DNA from: an uncultured Chloroflexia bacterium
GTDB taxonomy: Bacteria > Chloroflexota > Limnocylindria > Limnocylindrales > CSP1-4
NCBI GenBank assembly: GCA_963813535.1
Contig: CAWEZH010000003.1
Location: 967,810-1,031,809, forward strand
DNA: 64,000 nt
Direction: 5' to 3'
Positions within the stretch are counted from its first letter, which is position 1. Each line of letters starts with the position of its first letter. Of the stretch, positions 46,380-56,459 are shown one piece after another. The translations under genes were made by a program, and so were the position numbers. The notes beneath the pieces were generated by a model that did not search any database, was not told where the DNA came from, and saw only the letters and a list, made by a program, of their open reading frames with translations.

Positions 46380-47591
46380 GTGTCACCGCGCCCTGGGGTG
46401 GACGCCCCGCCCCGGTCGACCGATCGGTTTCGGATCGGAGTCCTATCACCGCCGATGTTACCGGTCCCACCCGCGCGATACGCGGGAACGGAACGGATCG
46501 TCGCGACCCTAGCCCAGGGCTTGCACCGCCGAGGGCACGAGGTGACGCTCTTTGGCCCGGGGGACTCACAGGTCGACTGCAGACTCGTCCCGACCGTGCC
46601 CCGGAGCCTGTGGTCCACGGGGTACCGCGGTGATCTGTCGGCCTATCTAGGCATCACGGTCGGCAAGGCCTGGGCGATGGCGGACGAATTCGACATCATC
46701 CACTCGAACATCGATACCTTCGGCCTGCCGTTCGCCCGCTGGTGCGCGACACCGGTCGTTTCTACATTGCATGGCCGCCTTGACGGCGCGGGTCATCCCG
46801 CACTGCTCGATGAATTCGAGGACGTGCCGCTCGTCGCGATCAGCGAAAGCCAGCGCCGCTGGTCTCCCCGCGCCAACTGGGTGGCGACGATCCACCACGG
46901 ACTGGAGCTCACCGGCGCGCCCTTCGGCTCGACCCCCGGCGACTATCTCGCGTTCATCGGTCGGATCGCTCCGGAGAAGGGCGTGGTGGATGCCGTCGCT
47001 CTTGCACGCGCGACTGGCCTCCGACTGCGGATCGGAGCCAAGGTGTATGACGATCGCGAGCGTGAGCTGTTCGATCGGGTCGTCGCGCCCGCCGTGGCTG
47101 ATGGCGTAGTCGAGTACCTCGGCGAGGTCGGTCCGAGGGAGCGCGACGAGGTCTACGCCGGCGCCCTGGCGACCGTGATGCTCGGGGCTTGGCCGGAGCC
47201 ATTCGGCTTGGTCGCGATCGAGTCGATGGCGACCGGGACCCCGGTCATCGCGCGTCGGGCGGGGGCGCTGCCGGAGATCGTCCAGCAGGGTCAGACGGGG
47301 TTCCTCGTGGACGACCTTCAGGAGGCAGTTCTCGCGGTCGAGCGCGCCAGCACCGTCGATCGGAGAGCCGTCCGTCGCGACGTCTTGGAACGGTTCTCAG
47401 CGGAGCGGATGCTCGATGAATACGAGCGGGTCTATCGCAGCCTTGTCAGAGCCTCCACACCGATCCCCTTGGAGGTCAAGCTCGACGCCGAGCCGCTCAC
47501 TGCTGTAGCCGGCGGTGGGCGAGCCGAACGGCGCTCGGATCGCGGGGACCGGCAGCCAGCGACGGCGGGCGCAATCGACGCGCGCGGCTAG
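46380..47591 (+). CDS. glycosyltransferase family 4
   Basis: PVPPARYAGTER, FIGRIAPEKG, WPEPFGLVAIESMATGTPVIA. Confidence 0.92.
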   Translation: MSPRPGVDAPPRSTDRFRIGVLSPPMLPVPPARYAGTERIVATLAQGLHRRGHEVTLFGPGDSQVDCRLVPTVPRSLWSTGYRGDLSAYLGITVGKAWAMADEFDIIHSNIDTFGLPFARWCATPVVSTLHGRLDGAGHPALLDEFEDVPLVAISESQRRWSPRANWVATIHHGLELTGAPFGSTPGDYLAFIGRIAPEKGVVDAVALARATGLRLRIGAKVYDDRERELFDRVVAPAVADGVVEYLGEVGPRERDEVYAGALATVMLGAWPEPFGLVAIESMATGTPVIARRAGALPEIVQQGQTGFLVDDLQEAVLAVERASTVDRRAVRRDVLERFSAERMLDEYERVYRSLVRASTPIPLEVKLDAEPLTAVAGGGRAERRSDRGDRQPATAGAIDARG

Positions 47592-47592
47592 C

Positions 47593-49659
47593 ATGCCCGC
47601 GCCGCTGAGCCCTGATCCCGTCACGGAGCACGTGCCGGGTCGGCTTCCGCCATACCTTTCGAATGGGATCCTCGGCATTCGAATGGCCTCGTTCCCGGGC
47701 TTGCCCGGTACCACGATGGTCGGCGGTTTTGCCGGGCTGTCGCCTGACGGGGTCGAAGGCTTTGCTCAGGCGCCATATGGGCTTGCCACCGACATCCAGC
47801 TCAATGGGGTATGGGCATCCTTGGCGCCAGAGTGGTGCCGGCTCATCGATCAACGCTACGATTTCGCGAGGGGGGAGCTCCAGACGTGCTGGACGTTCCG
47901 AGCACGCGGAGCGACGGCAACCATCGAGACGGTGGCGTTCTGTCCCAGGTCGGTCCCGAGCATCGGTGCGGTCGACATGACCGTCCGCCTGGACCAGCCC
48001 GCCGATCTGGCCATCGCCGGCGGGGTCGATCCGTCAGACGTGCCGGGATTCGGCGACAACCAAGCGCAGCCGCAGGACCAAGGACCGAACGAAGGGGTCG
48101 ATGGGCGTCTGCGCTGGCACTCGGGAGGCGACATCTCGACGGTCGGCATCGCCTACACGACCGCGTTCTCGGGAGACTCATCCGCGGAGCGCACGACTGC
48201 CATGAAGGACGAGCGCGGACGATTTTCGACGACATACCGACTGCGCGTACGGGCGGATCGACGCTACCGCCTCAGCCTCCTCACGGCGATCGTCCCCGAG
48301 CTCTCGCATGCCAGGCCGGATGAGCAGGCCGGTCGCGTCGCGGCGGTCGGGGCCAAACGAACATTCGATGGCCTGCGTCGCGAGAACCGCGCCGAGTGGG
48401 ATGAGCTGTGGCGAGGCCGCATCGTCATCGATGGCGCGGATCGACGTTGGCAGGCGATCACGGATGCGAGCCTCTTCTACCTGCTGACCTCGACCCATTC
48501 GGCGTCGTTGGCCAGCACGTCGTTATTCGGCCTCGCGTACTGGCCGAACTACCACTACTACCACGGCCACGTAATGTGGGACATCGAGACTTTCACCGTT
48601 CCGCCCTTGCTGCTTCTTGCGCCGGACGCTGCTCACGCTCTCCTCGACTACCGGTTTCGTCATCTGACCGCCGCCCATCACAACGCAGCGATGCATGGCT
48701 GGCGCGGCGCGATGTACCCATGGGAGAGCTGCCCCGAGCACGGCGAGGAATCGACGCCTGGCGCTCGACCCTACACGGAAGACCACGTGAGCGCGGATGT
48801 CGCGCTGGCGTTCGCGGGCTACGTCAACGCCACCGGCGACGCCGATTACGCGCGGCGTGTGGCCTGGCCGGTGCTGCGGTCCGTCGCCGAGCTGGTCGTC
48901 TCCCGGGTTGCCCGCTCCAGGCGGGGCTACGAGATCCTCGGCACGGTCGGTCCGCGCGAGGTGTACACGCCGGTCGACAACAACGCCTACACGAACATGT
49001 CGGCCGCGATGAGCCTCAGGGCGGCCCTCGATTGCGCCGAGATGATCAACGAACCCGGGTCAGACCTTTGGCGAGACATCGCCGACGGACTCGCCGTGCC
49101 CCGCGATCGTCGGCGGGGTGCCATCCTCAACCATGACGGCGCGACCCTTCGGGAGTCGCAGGGCGGTGTCCCCGAGGGAGCGGCCGGGCTCTTTCCGGTC
49201 GGGTATCGAGTGGACCCCGCGACAGCGCTCGCGACGTATCGATATGCCGCAGTCGAACAGGCACCCCTGTATGTGGGCGCACCGATGCTAAGCGCCCTGT
49301 TGCCGGTCTTCGCGGCGCGGGCCGGCGAGTCCGCTTTGGCCCGCGACCTCCTCGAAACTGGCTACGGCGAATTCATCAACGACCCGTTCCTCGAGCCGGA
49401 CGAATATCCGAGATCACGCGACGATCGGCCACGAGCCTCGCCCATGTTCGCGAATCTCAGCGGCTATCTCACGAGCGTCCTCTACGGTTTCACAGGCCTG
49501 CAGATCAATCCCGGGAGCCCGGATTCCTGGTCGCTCCATCCCGTCCGGTTACCTGATGGCTGGCGAGCGATCAACCTCGACCGTGTGTGGGTCCGCGGCA
49601 AGGCGCACTCCCTTGAGGCACGCTCCGGCGCGCTTGCCCGTTTGTCGACGGCTTCCTGA
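47593..49659 (+). CDS. glycoside hydrolase family 65-like protein
   Basis: YLSNG.LG, YHGHVMWDIETF, GAMYPWES, VGPRE, DNNAYTN. Confidence 0.82.
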   Translation: MPAPLSPDPVTEHVPGRLPPYLSNGILGIRMASFPGLPGTTMVGGFAGLSPDGVEGFAQAPYGLATDIQLNGVWASLAPEWCRLIDQRYDFARGELQTCWTFRARGATATIETVAFCPRSVPSIGAVDMTVRLDQPADLAIAGGVDPSDVPGFGDNQAQPQDQGPNEGVDGRLRWHSGGDISTVGIAYTTAFSGDSSAERTTAMKDERGRFSTTYRLRVRADRRYRLSLLTAIVPELSHARPDEQAGRVAAVGAKRTFDGLRRENRAEWDELWRGRIVIDGADRRWQAITDASLFYLLTSTHSASLASTSLFGLAYWPNYHYYHGHVMWDIETFTVPPLLLLAPDAAHALLDYRFRHLTAAHHNAAMHGWRGAMYPWESCPEHGEESTPGARPYTEDHVSADVALAFAGYVNATGDADYARRVAWPVLRSVAELVVSRVARSRRGYEILGTVGPREVYTPVDNNAYTNMSAAMSLRAALDCAEMINEPGSDLWRDIADGLAVPRDRRRGAILNHDGATLRESQGGVPEGAAGLFPVGYRVDPATALATYRYAAVEQAPLYVGAPMLSALLPVFAARAGESALARDLLETGYGEFINDPFLEPDEYPRSRDDRPRASPMFANLSGYLTSVLYGFTGLQINPGSPDSWSLHPVRLPDGWRAINLDRVWVRGKAHSLEARSGALARLSTAS

Positions 49660-49812
49660 TTCGCTCGACTCCCTGACTGGTCACGAGATGCTCGAGGACC
49701 ATGTGCCTGCCGAACGAAATCGCCGACCGACGGTCCGAACGACCATATCGCCACGCCGTAAATCCGGTCGCGAGCAGATCTGAGGCGCGACCTGTCTGAC
49801 CCCGGGCGGGGA

Positions 49813-50277
49813 TCAGGCGGCCTGCCTCTGCCGACCCCTCATCAGCGCATACCCGACCGCGATCAAGATCACTCCCCATACGAGGAACGCGAGGTCGTAG
49901 AGCACTTCGTCGGGTCCGGGTCGCACGTGATGCAGGTTCAGCAGGTAGTGATCAACGATGCCCTCGGCAATGTTGAAAACACCCCAACCGATGAGCATTC
50001 CGGCGACGAGTGTCTGGCTGCCGCCGTCTTCGTGGCGGGCGCCATTCGAGGTCATGAGGACGAAGATGCCCGCGACGGTCAGGACCCAAGTGGCGCCGTG
50101 GAAGACGCCGTCGCCCAGGGTGTTGAGCTGTAGGTTGGCGATCGTGTCCGGCGGTATGGGCGTGCTCACCATGTGGTGCCACTGCAGGATTTGGTGCAGG
50201 ACGATGCCATCGAAGAAGCCGCCGAGCGCGACACCCAACAGGACGGCGGCGATGACCAGACGCCGGCGGTTCGGCAC
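49813..50277 (-). CDS. DUF2243 family membrane protein (copy 1)
   Basis: GGFFDGIVLHQILQWHHM...DG.FH...EG..DH.LL.LHHVR. Confidence 0.88.
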   Translation of the reverse strand: MPNRRRLVIAAVLLGVALGGFFDGIVLHQILQWHHMVSTPIPPDTIANLQLNTLGDGVFHGATWVLTVAGIFVLMTSNGARHEDGGSQTLVAGMLIGWGVFNIAEGIVDHYLLNLHHVRPGPDEVLYDLAFLVWGVILIAVGYALMRGRQRQAA

Positions 50278-50290
50278 AGGTCTCCCTCGA

Positions 50291-50377
50291 CTACCGCTCG
50301 GGGAGTGCTCGAAGCATGACGATGACCGCCAGCGCCAGCGTCGCGACGACGATCAGGACCAGGATCTCGTCCGTCAT
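50291..50377 (-). CDS. putative 28-aa single-TM peptide
   Basis: MTDEILVLIVVATLALAVIVMLRALPER, ending just before the DUF2243 RBS. Confidence 0.4.
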   Translation of the reverse strand: MTDEILVLIVVATLALAVIVMLRALPER

Positions 50378-51025
50378 GGCGTGACTACGCTTTCCCGAGG
50401 GCTTGTCGTCGCTCAAGTCGGCGAACGCGGCTCGATGATCCTGTTGGCGGCCTACCGCTGGTCCGCAGCAGGACGATCTCCCGACGTCGACATGGTCCGT
50501 CATGAACTGGCCTTGGCCGTCGTGCGACGGAGTGCTTGTCCCTGCCGCTATCGATCCGCTCTCGCTTCCATGCTGGCATGCGCGCCCTCCTCGAGGGATC
50601 CGTAAGGGCTCAATAGGATGCAGTCGTGTTCCCTTCGGTCCTCCCACAACTGCGCGCTAGGACGGTACGCCCGCGTTACGAGAGTCATCCGGTCGGCCGA
50701 ACTATCACATCCCGCAACCCCGGCGGCGAGCCAGTCGGGGTCGATCGAAGCCACTCCCTCAGGAGGCTTGTGGGCACGACGCGGGCCGCTGAGATGACGG
50801 CATGACCTCGCGACCGGAGCGTCAACGCCGGCCGCGAAACGACGGATGCCGATTCCCTGAGATGGTTCTGCCACGGTTGTTGGCCACCCTGTCGTCTGGG
50901 ATCTGCCACCTGCCGTGACACCGTGGGCCATGCGACCCCGCTCTCCAACTTGGCGTCGAAGGGTCCGTCTGCGTCGTCGCCGCGCTCGCCGTCGGCGATA
51001 GGCTAGGCAAAGTCACCTCTGGTCG

Positions 51026-52327
51026 ATGTGCCGCATGCTCACCAAAAGCAAGCACGCTCCGAACGGTCGCGTCCGCCGTGTCAGTCACGCTCGGCTGCCT
51101 ACCCGCATCGGGACGTTCGATGCGTTCGCCTACTCGGATGCGCGTACCGGGACCGAGCCTGTCGCCCTCGTTCACGGCGACCTCGCCGGGCGAGACGCAC
51201 CGCTCGTGCGGCTCCATTCCGAGTGCTGGACTGGCGACGTGCTGGGCTCCCTTCGATGCGACTGCGGCGAGCAGCTCGGCCGCGCTCTGACCGCCATCGT
51301 CGCCGAGGGCGCGGGCGTGCTCCTCTATCTCAGGCAGGAGGGTCGGGGGATCGGGCTGGCGAACAAGCTGCGAGCGTACGCGCTCCAGGACGGCGGGCTC
51401 GACACCGTCTCCGCCAACGCCGCACTCGGCCTCCCGGTCGACGACCGTGAGTACGGTGCCGCCGCCGCCATCCTCGCCGATCTGGGACTGGAGCGGGTGC
51501 GGCTGATGACCAACAACCCCGACAAGGTGGCGGCGCTCGAAGGACACGATATCCGCGTCGATCGCGTACCGCTCGTGGCGCTTCCGAACCCGGTGGATCA
51601 GCCGTATCTCGAGACGAAAGCCGCCCGCCTCGGACACCTCCAGCCCCACATGGCCGCTCGGCCCTCAGTCACCGTGCACTACGCCCAGACGATCGACGGG
51701 CGTCTCGCGACGCGAACTGGCGATTCGCAGTGGATCAGCGGCCAGGAGTCCCTGGTGATGGCGCACGCATTGCGCGCATCGCACGCGGCCGTGCTCGTCG
51801 GCGCTGGCACCGTGGCCGCCGACGATCCGCGGCTGACCTCCCGACTCGTTGAAGGTCCCTCGCCGATCCGCGTGGTCCTGGACAGCAAGCTACGCCTTTC
51901 GCCCGACGCCAATGTCGTTGCTGACGGCGCCGCGCCGACGATCCTGGCGACAACAGAGCTGGCGCCCGTCGACCGGCGCCGGATGTTCGGGCGGCGCGCC
52001 GTCGAGGTCCTCGTTCTCCCGTCCACGCCGGACGGTCGGGTGGACCTCGGGTCGCTCCTGGACGAGCTGGGGGCCAGAGGCACGGCCACGCTGCTCGTGG
52101 AGGGAGGAGCCAGCGTGATCACGGCGATGATCCGCGAACGCCGAGTGAGTCGGCTGGTCGTGTCGATCGCGCCGCTGGTCCTGGGCAAGGGGATCGAGGC
52201 CGTCGGTGACCTTGACATCCTGCGGCTGCGCGACGCCCTGACATTCCGTCGCGCGGCGTTCTCCCAGCTAGGTCCGGACGTGATCTTCGACGGCGAGCTG
52301 GAACCCCGGAGCGAAGGTGATGCCTGA
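51026..52327 (+). CDS. ribA: GTP cyclohydrolase II fused to a RibD-type pyrimidine reductase domain
   Basis: RLHSECWTGDVLGSLRCDCG, QEGRGIGLANK, MTNNP. Then AQTIDG, VGAGTV..DDPRL, LLVEGG. Confidence 0.9.
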   Translation: MCRMLTKSKHAPNGRVRRVSHARLPTRIGTFDAFAYSDARTGTEPVALVHGDLAGRDAPLVRLHSECWTGDVLGSLRCDCGEQLGRALTAIVAEGAGVLLYLRQEGRGIGLANKLRAYALQDGGLDTVSANAALGLPVDDREYGAAAAILADLGLERVRLMTNNPDKVAALEGHDIRVDRVPLVALPNPVDQPYLETKAARLGHLQPHMAARPSVTVHYAQTIDGRLATRTGDSQWISGQESLVMAHALRASHAAVLVGAGTVAADDPRLTSRLVEGPSPIRVVLDSKLRLSPDANVVADGAAPTILATTELAPVDRRRMFGRRAVEVLVLPSTPDGRVDLGSLLDELGARGTATLLVEGGASVITAMIRERRVSRLVVSIAPLVLGKGIEAVGDLDILRLRDALTFRRAAFSQLGPDVIFDGELEPRSEGDA

Positions 52328-53327
52328 GGCCGTCTGGTTCGGCGGACCGCAGCGCGTGGAGATCCGGCCGGAACCCGACGCCCCCGTCGGGCCCGACGAC
52401 GTCCGGGTCCGCGCACTTGTCTCGGGGATCAGTGCCGGGAGCGAGCTCCTCGTCTATCGCGGCAGTGCCCCGCCCGAGTCACAGCCCGATCTCCCCACCG
52501 TCAGCGGCGACTTCGGCTTCCCGATCAAGTTCGCCTACGCGAGCGTTGGGCGCGTGATCGAGGTCGGCTCGAACGTCAGCCGGCCGGCGGTCGATGACGT
52601 CGTGTTCGTGCACCATCCGCATCAGACCGAATACGTCGTGCCGGCTGACGCTCCGATCCGGCTGCCCGAAGGTCTCCCGGCCGACGTCGGGGTGTTCGCC
52701 GCGAACCTCGAGACGGCCGTGACGGTAGGGCTCGACGCCCATCCGCGCATCGGAGAAGCGGTCCTCGTGACTGGCCAGGGCGTCGTTGGGCTGCTGGTCA
52801 CGATGCTCCTCCGGAGAGCCGGAGCGAATCCGATCGTGACCGCTGATCTGCACGAGCGACGTCGGGCCGCATCCGCCGCCGCGGGCGCGACCCACGCACT
52901 TGGCGTGGACGTCGACCTAGTCGACGCCGTGCTCGAACTCACCGATGGGCGCGGCGTGGACGTCGCGATCGAGGTCAGCGGGAGCCCCGCCGCTCTCCAG
53001 GCCTGCATCGACGCGACGGCGTTCGCCGGGACCGTCGTCGTCGCATCGTGGTACGGGACTCGCGACGCCAACTTGAGCCTCGGTGGCCGCTTCCATCGCC
53101 GTCGCCTGCGGGTCGTCAGCTCGCAGGTGTCGACGCTCGATCCGGCCCTCGCGCCACGCTGGGATCGAGCTCGACGTATCGGACCTGGTGTCGGAGCTGC
53201 TGAAGCGAGTTGCCGTTGAACGAGCTGATCACTCACCGGTTCCCTTTGGCCCAGGCGGCCGCGGCGTACGAGCTGCTCGACCAGCATGCTGGACGAGTGC
53301 CTGCAGGTGGTGCTGGACTATGTTTGA
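52320..53327 (+). CDS. zinc-binding (MDR) dehydrogenase; frameshifts near 53180 and 53290
   Basis: SGISAGSELLVYRG, HHPHQT, ANLETA, GQGVVG, SWYG, FHRRRL..SSQV. LITHRFP and QVVLDY lie in shifted frames. Confidence 0.82.
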
Positions 53328-53711
53328 GGTCGGCGTCGCGCGGACGTTCCATGCGCTCCACCAACTCGAGGCCGACGATCCGGTCGCGAGCGGCGAACAC
53401 GATCACGACTACCGTGCCGAGGTTGTCGCGCGGGGCGACCATCTCGACGAGAATGCCATGCTCGTCGACCTCGACCTACTCGGGGCGGCGTTGTCGGAGT
53501 GCCTCGCCGAGCTCGACTCCGTGGATCTCGGAAGCCTGAGCCGCCTTCGCGGGCCGGAATACCACGGTCGAGACGGTCGCCGAGCACGTCTGGACCCATG
53601 TCCGGGACGGTCTGGCTCAGCGCGCCGGCGCTCGCCAGTCTCCGCGTCACCGTCTACGAGTCAACTGACGCCTGGGCGTCCGTCGACCGAACGGTCGGCG
53701 ATCGGTCGTGA
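53320..53711 (+). CDS. 6-pyruvoyl-tetrahydropterin synthase / QueD-like (COG0720) T-fold protein; two frameshifts
   Basis: FHALHQL...HDHDYRAEV, MLVDLD, FAGRNTTVETVA, VTVYES, recovered by joining frames. Confidence 0.75.
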
Positions 53712-54810
53712 TCGGCTGACAACACCTCGTCGATGATCGCGAAGAAGCGTGCCGCCGTCTCGTCCCATGTCGGACGCGCCGCCGCCCGCGATGCTGGGCC
53801 GCGCGTCCCAGCCGCTCTCGAAGCGCTGGGTCGCGGGCCAGCGACTTCGATCGCATCACGTAAGCGCCGGGACGTCGCCCACGGCCACGAGCATGCCGTC
53901 GCGACCGTGATCGGCCAGGAACGGCAGGTTCCCGGCGCGCCAGCCGACCACCGGGAGCCCCATCGCCATCGCCTCTCCCCAAACTGTTCCGTACGTCTCC
54001 TCGAAGCTTGGCAGCAGGAACGCGTCGACCGCCTGGTACATCTGAAGCACGGCCGCGGGGTGGATGAGGCCGTGCACCACGACCCGATCACGGAGGTCGG
54101 GGCGCTCGATGCGCTCGTGCACACGAGCTGCGTACCCGCCGCGCGTGGCCGTATCGCCGACGAGGTGGAGGGTGGCCACGTCGTCGGGCAGGCACGCGAC
54201 GGCCTCGAGGAGTTCGATGATCCCCTTCCACGGTTGCCAGTTCGCGACGCAGAGGGCGGCCATCAGACGGCCTTGTCGGAGGCTGGCCCGATCGACGCCA
54301 GCCGATCTGGTGCGCGTCGGTCCGACCGCCCGTTGCAACGTCCAGGTCCTTGCCGGGCTCGACGACCCGGATCCTGTCGCCGGGGAAACCGGCGACCACG
54401 AGCTCGGCCGCGAGCCAGTCGCTGGCCACCATGAGGACGTTGCAGGCGCGGTAGGCGTGCCGGTCGAAGGTGGCCCGGAACCGACGCAGGACGCGAGGCG
54501 CGCCGATCCCGCCGGGCGGCTGATGCAGCATCCCGACGATCGGCGCCCGGACACGGCGGAGCCAGGGGGCGGCGGCGCTCGCCGCGATGCTGTCCAGAAC
54601 GAGCACGTCGGCTCTGCGGGTCGCACGCGCGAGCAGCCACGCGGGTCCGGCCGCCGTCGCCCAAGGCAGCGGCAGGTCGGGGATCGAGACGAACCGGAGC
54701 TCAGCGCCGTGGTCCGGCGCGCGCTCCGCGAGGCGCCGGTGGAACAAGTAGCCGCCCGTCACGCGGCTTGGATCGCCGACCGTTAGGAGTGTCACCTGGG
54801 TCCGTGTCAT
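53654..54810 (-). CDS. glycosyltransferase family 4; several frameshifts
   Basis: GDPSRVTGGYLF, VLDS, CVAN...KG, PSFEETYGTVWGEAMAMGLPVV, PTWDETA. Confidence 0.8.
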
Positions 54811-54954
54811 TCAGTCGCTCCCAGTGCAGTCGGAAGCAAGGCCTGTTCGCCGGCGAGCGATACCCTCTCGAACTAGCGCGCGCGCTCGCACAGCATGACT
54901 TGTGTGAGCTCGTGACATTTCGGATCGGAAGCCGGGACGCACGGGCGCCCTTCT

Positions 54955-55431
54955 CTACCGGCGGCCGGCGTTCCGAACCATCGCAAGTCCGAGGACGAGC
55001 ATCACGACGCCCCACATGAGGAACCCGAGGTCGTAGAGCACCTCGTCCGGTCCCGGGCGAACGTGGTGGAGTTGGAGGAGGTGGTGGTCGACCACCCCCT
55101 CCACGGTGTTGAACAGGCCCCAGCCGGCGAGCATCCCACCGATGAGCGTCGGGGTACCGCCTGGCTCGTGTCGTGCGCCGTTCGAGGACATGAGGACGAA
55201 CACGCCGGCCACCGTCAGGACCCACGTAGCCGCGTGGAAGATCCCGTCGCCCAAGGTGTTGATCTGAAGGTTCTCAAGGGTGTCGGGTGGCGTCGGCGTA
55301 CTGACCATGTGATGCCACTGCAGGATCTGGTGAAGGACGATGCCGTCGAAGAACCCGCCGAGGCCAAGACCAAGCAGGACCGAGGCGACGATGAGCCGCC
55401 GCCGATCGGGCGACCGTGTCAGGTACGTCAT
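54955..55431 (-). CDS. DUF2243 family membrane protein (copy 2)
   Basis: Same motifs as 49813-50277, with long identical blocks. Confidence 0.88.
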   Translation of the reverse strand: MTYLTRSPDRRRLIVASVLLGLGLGGFFDGIVLHQILQWHHMVSTPTPPDTLENLQINTLGDGIFHAATWVLTVAGVFVLMSSNGARHEPGGTPTLIGGMLAGWGLFNTVEGVVDHHLLQLHHVRPGPDEVLYDLGFLMWGVVMLVLGLAMVRNAGRR

Positions 55432-55631
55432 CGGACGCTGATGTCCATTGGCGTGTAGCGTGACGCACAGGCGGTCGGTGGCTCGATCCCCGGAGGACGT
55501 CGGCGCATACCACTGTCATCGCGAACCGCTGCGCGACTCCGCTCGATAACGGCAAGACGTCGGAGTAGCCGTCCGTCGGCGCAGGCTGGGACCCGCCGTG
55601 GGCCCGGCCCGCTTGACCGGTCGCCCGGCGA

Positions 55632-56294
55632 TCAGGCTTCCGGCAGGACCGGCCCGATGGCGTCGAGGATGAGGTCGAGCCCAAACTCGAACTCGTCGGC
55701 GTAGTCGAAGCCGGACGTGAGGAGCTCCCTCGCGACGCGCGCAGAGTTCGGGTACTCGTCCGCCTGCAGGTTGGCGAGCACCTCCTCGCTCATGGCTGCC
55801 AGCTCCTCGGCGTTGCTGAACGGGAAGTTCACCTCCTGCAGCGCGAACCCGAGCACGTAGCTGTCGACGAGGTTGTAGGCGTGGATCGCCATGACCGCCG
55901 AGCACCCGGCGTCGAGCAGGACGGTGATGGTGTCCTCGTGTGTGCGGAGATTGGCCGGGCCGGGCGTCATCCGCAATTCCATGAGCGCGATCGCCCAAGG
56001 ATGCCGGCGCAGGGCCGCGCGGGTCGAGATCGATTGGGCACGGAGCACCGTTCGCCAGTTCGAGCGATCTGCCGGCACCTCGATCTCGGCGAAGACGAGG
56101 TCGACGATCCCGTCGAGGATGTCGTCCTTGTTGCGAACGTGTCGGTAGAGCGACATCGCCTCCACGCCGAGCCGCCGCCCGATCCGCTGCATCGTCAGCG
56201 CCGCGGTGCCGCCCTCGTCGGCGAGCTCCAGCGCAGCGCGCAGCACCCGGTCCCGGGTGAGCGGCGCTCGCTTCTGAGTCGTGCAGCGTGTCAT
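55632..56294 (-). CDS. TetR family regulator (TetR_C type)
   Basis: LTRDRVLRAALELAD...LGVEAMSLYRHV...FEFGLDLILD. Confidence 0.93.
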   Translation of the reverse strand: MTRCTTQKRAPLTRDRVLRAALELADEGGTAALTMQRIGRRLGVEAMSLYRHVRNKDDILDGIVDLVFAEIEVPADRSNWRTVLRAQSISTRAALRRHPWAIALMELRMTPGPANLRTHEDTITVLLDAGCSAVMAIHAYNLVDSYVLGFALQEVNFPFSNAEELAAMSEEVLANLQADEYPNSARVARELLTSGFDYADEFEFGLDLILDAIGPVLPEA

Positions 56295-56330
56295 CAGTGT
56301 TCTCCTCGAGTGCCCTTGACGCCATTGATA

Positions 56331-56358
56331 GCTTATGCCATAAGCTTATGACATAAGC
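56331..56358. promoter_or_regulatory. tandem TetR operator: two overlapping GCTTATG-N-CATAAGC palindromes
   Basis: gcttatgccataagc (56331-56345) and gcttatgacataagc (56344-56358) in the divergent promoter. TTGACG at 56316. Confidence 0.8.
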
Positions 56359-56386
56359 GAAGGACGACGAACACGAGGAAAGATCG

Positions 56387-56431
56387 ATGCAGGCATTTGT
56401 CCAGGACCGGTACGGCGGGCCGGAGGTGCTC
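56387..56431 (+). pseudogene. N-terminal remnant of an NAD(P)-dependent alcohol dehydrogenase/quinone reductase
   Basis: RBS plus MQAFVQDRYGGPEVL, compared with MKAVVQRRYGPPEVL in the gene at 58661. Confidence 0.6.
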
Positions 56432-56459
56432 ATCACCCGGGAGAGGAGGGATCCTGACC

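Noticed and set aside
50600-51025. FMN riboswitch upstream of ribA
   Set aside because: The conserved RFN sequence blocks were not found by eye.
53160-53640. Programmed ribosomal frameshifting in the dehydrogenase or PTPS genes
   Set aside because: No slippery heptamers were seen, and indels affect many unrelated neighbouring genes.
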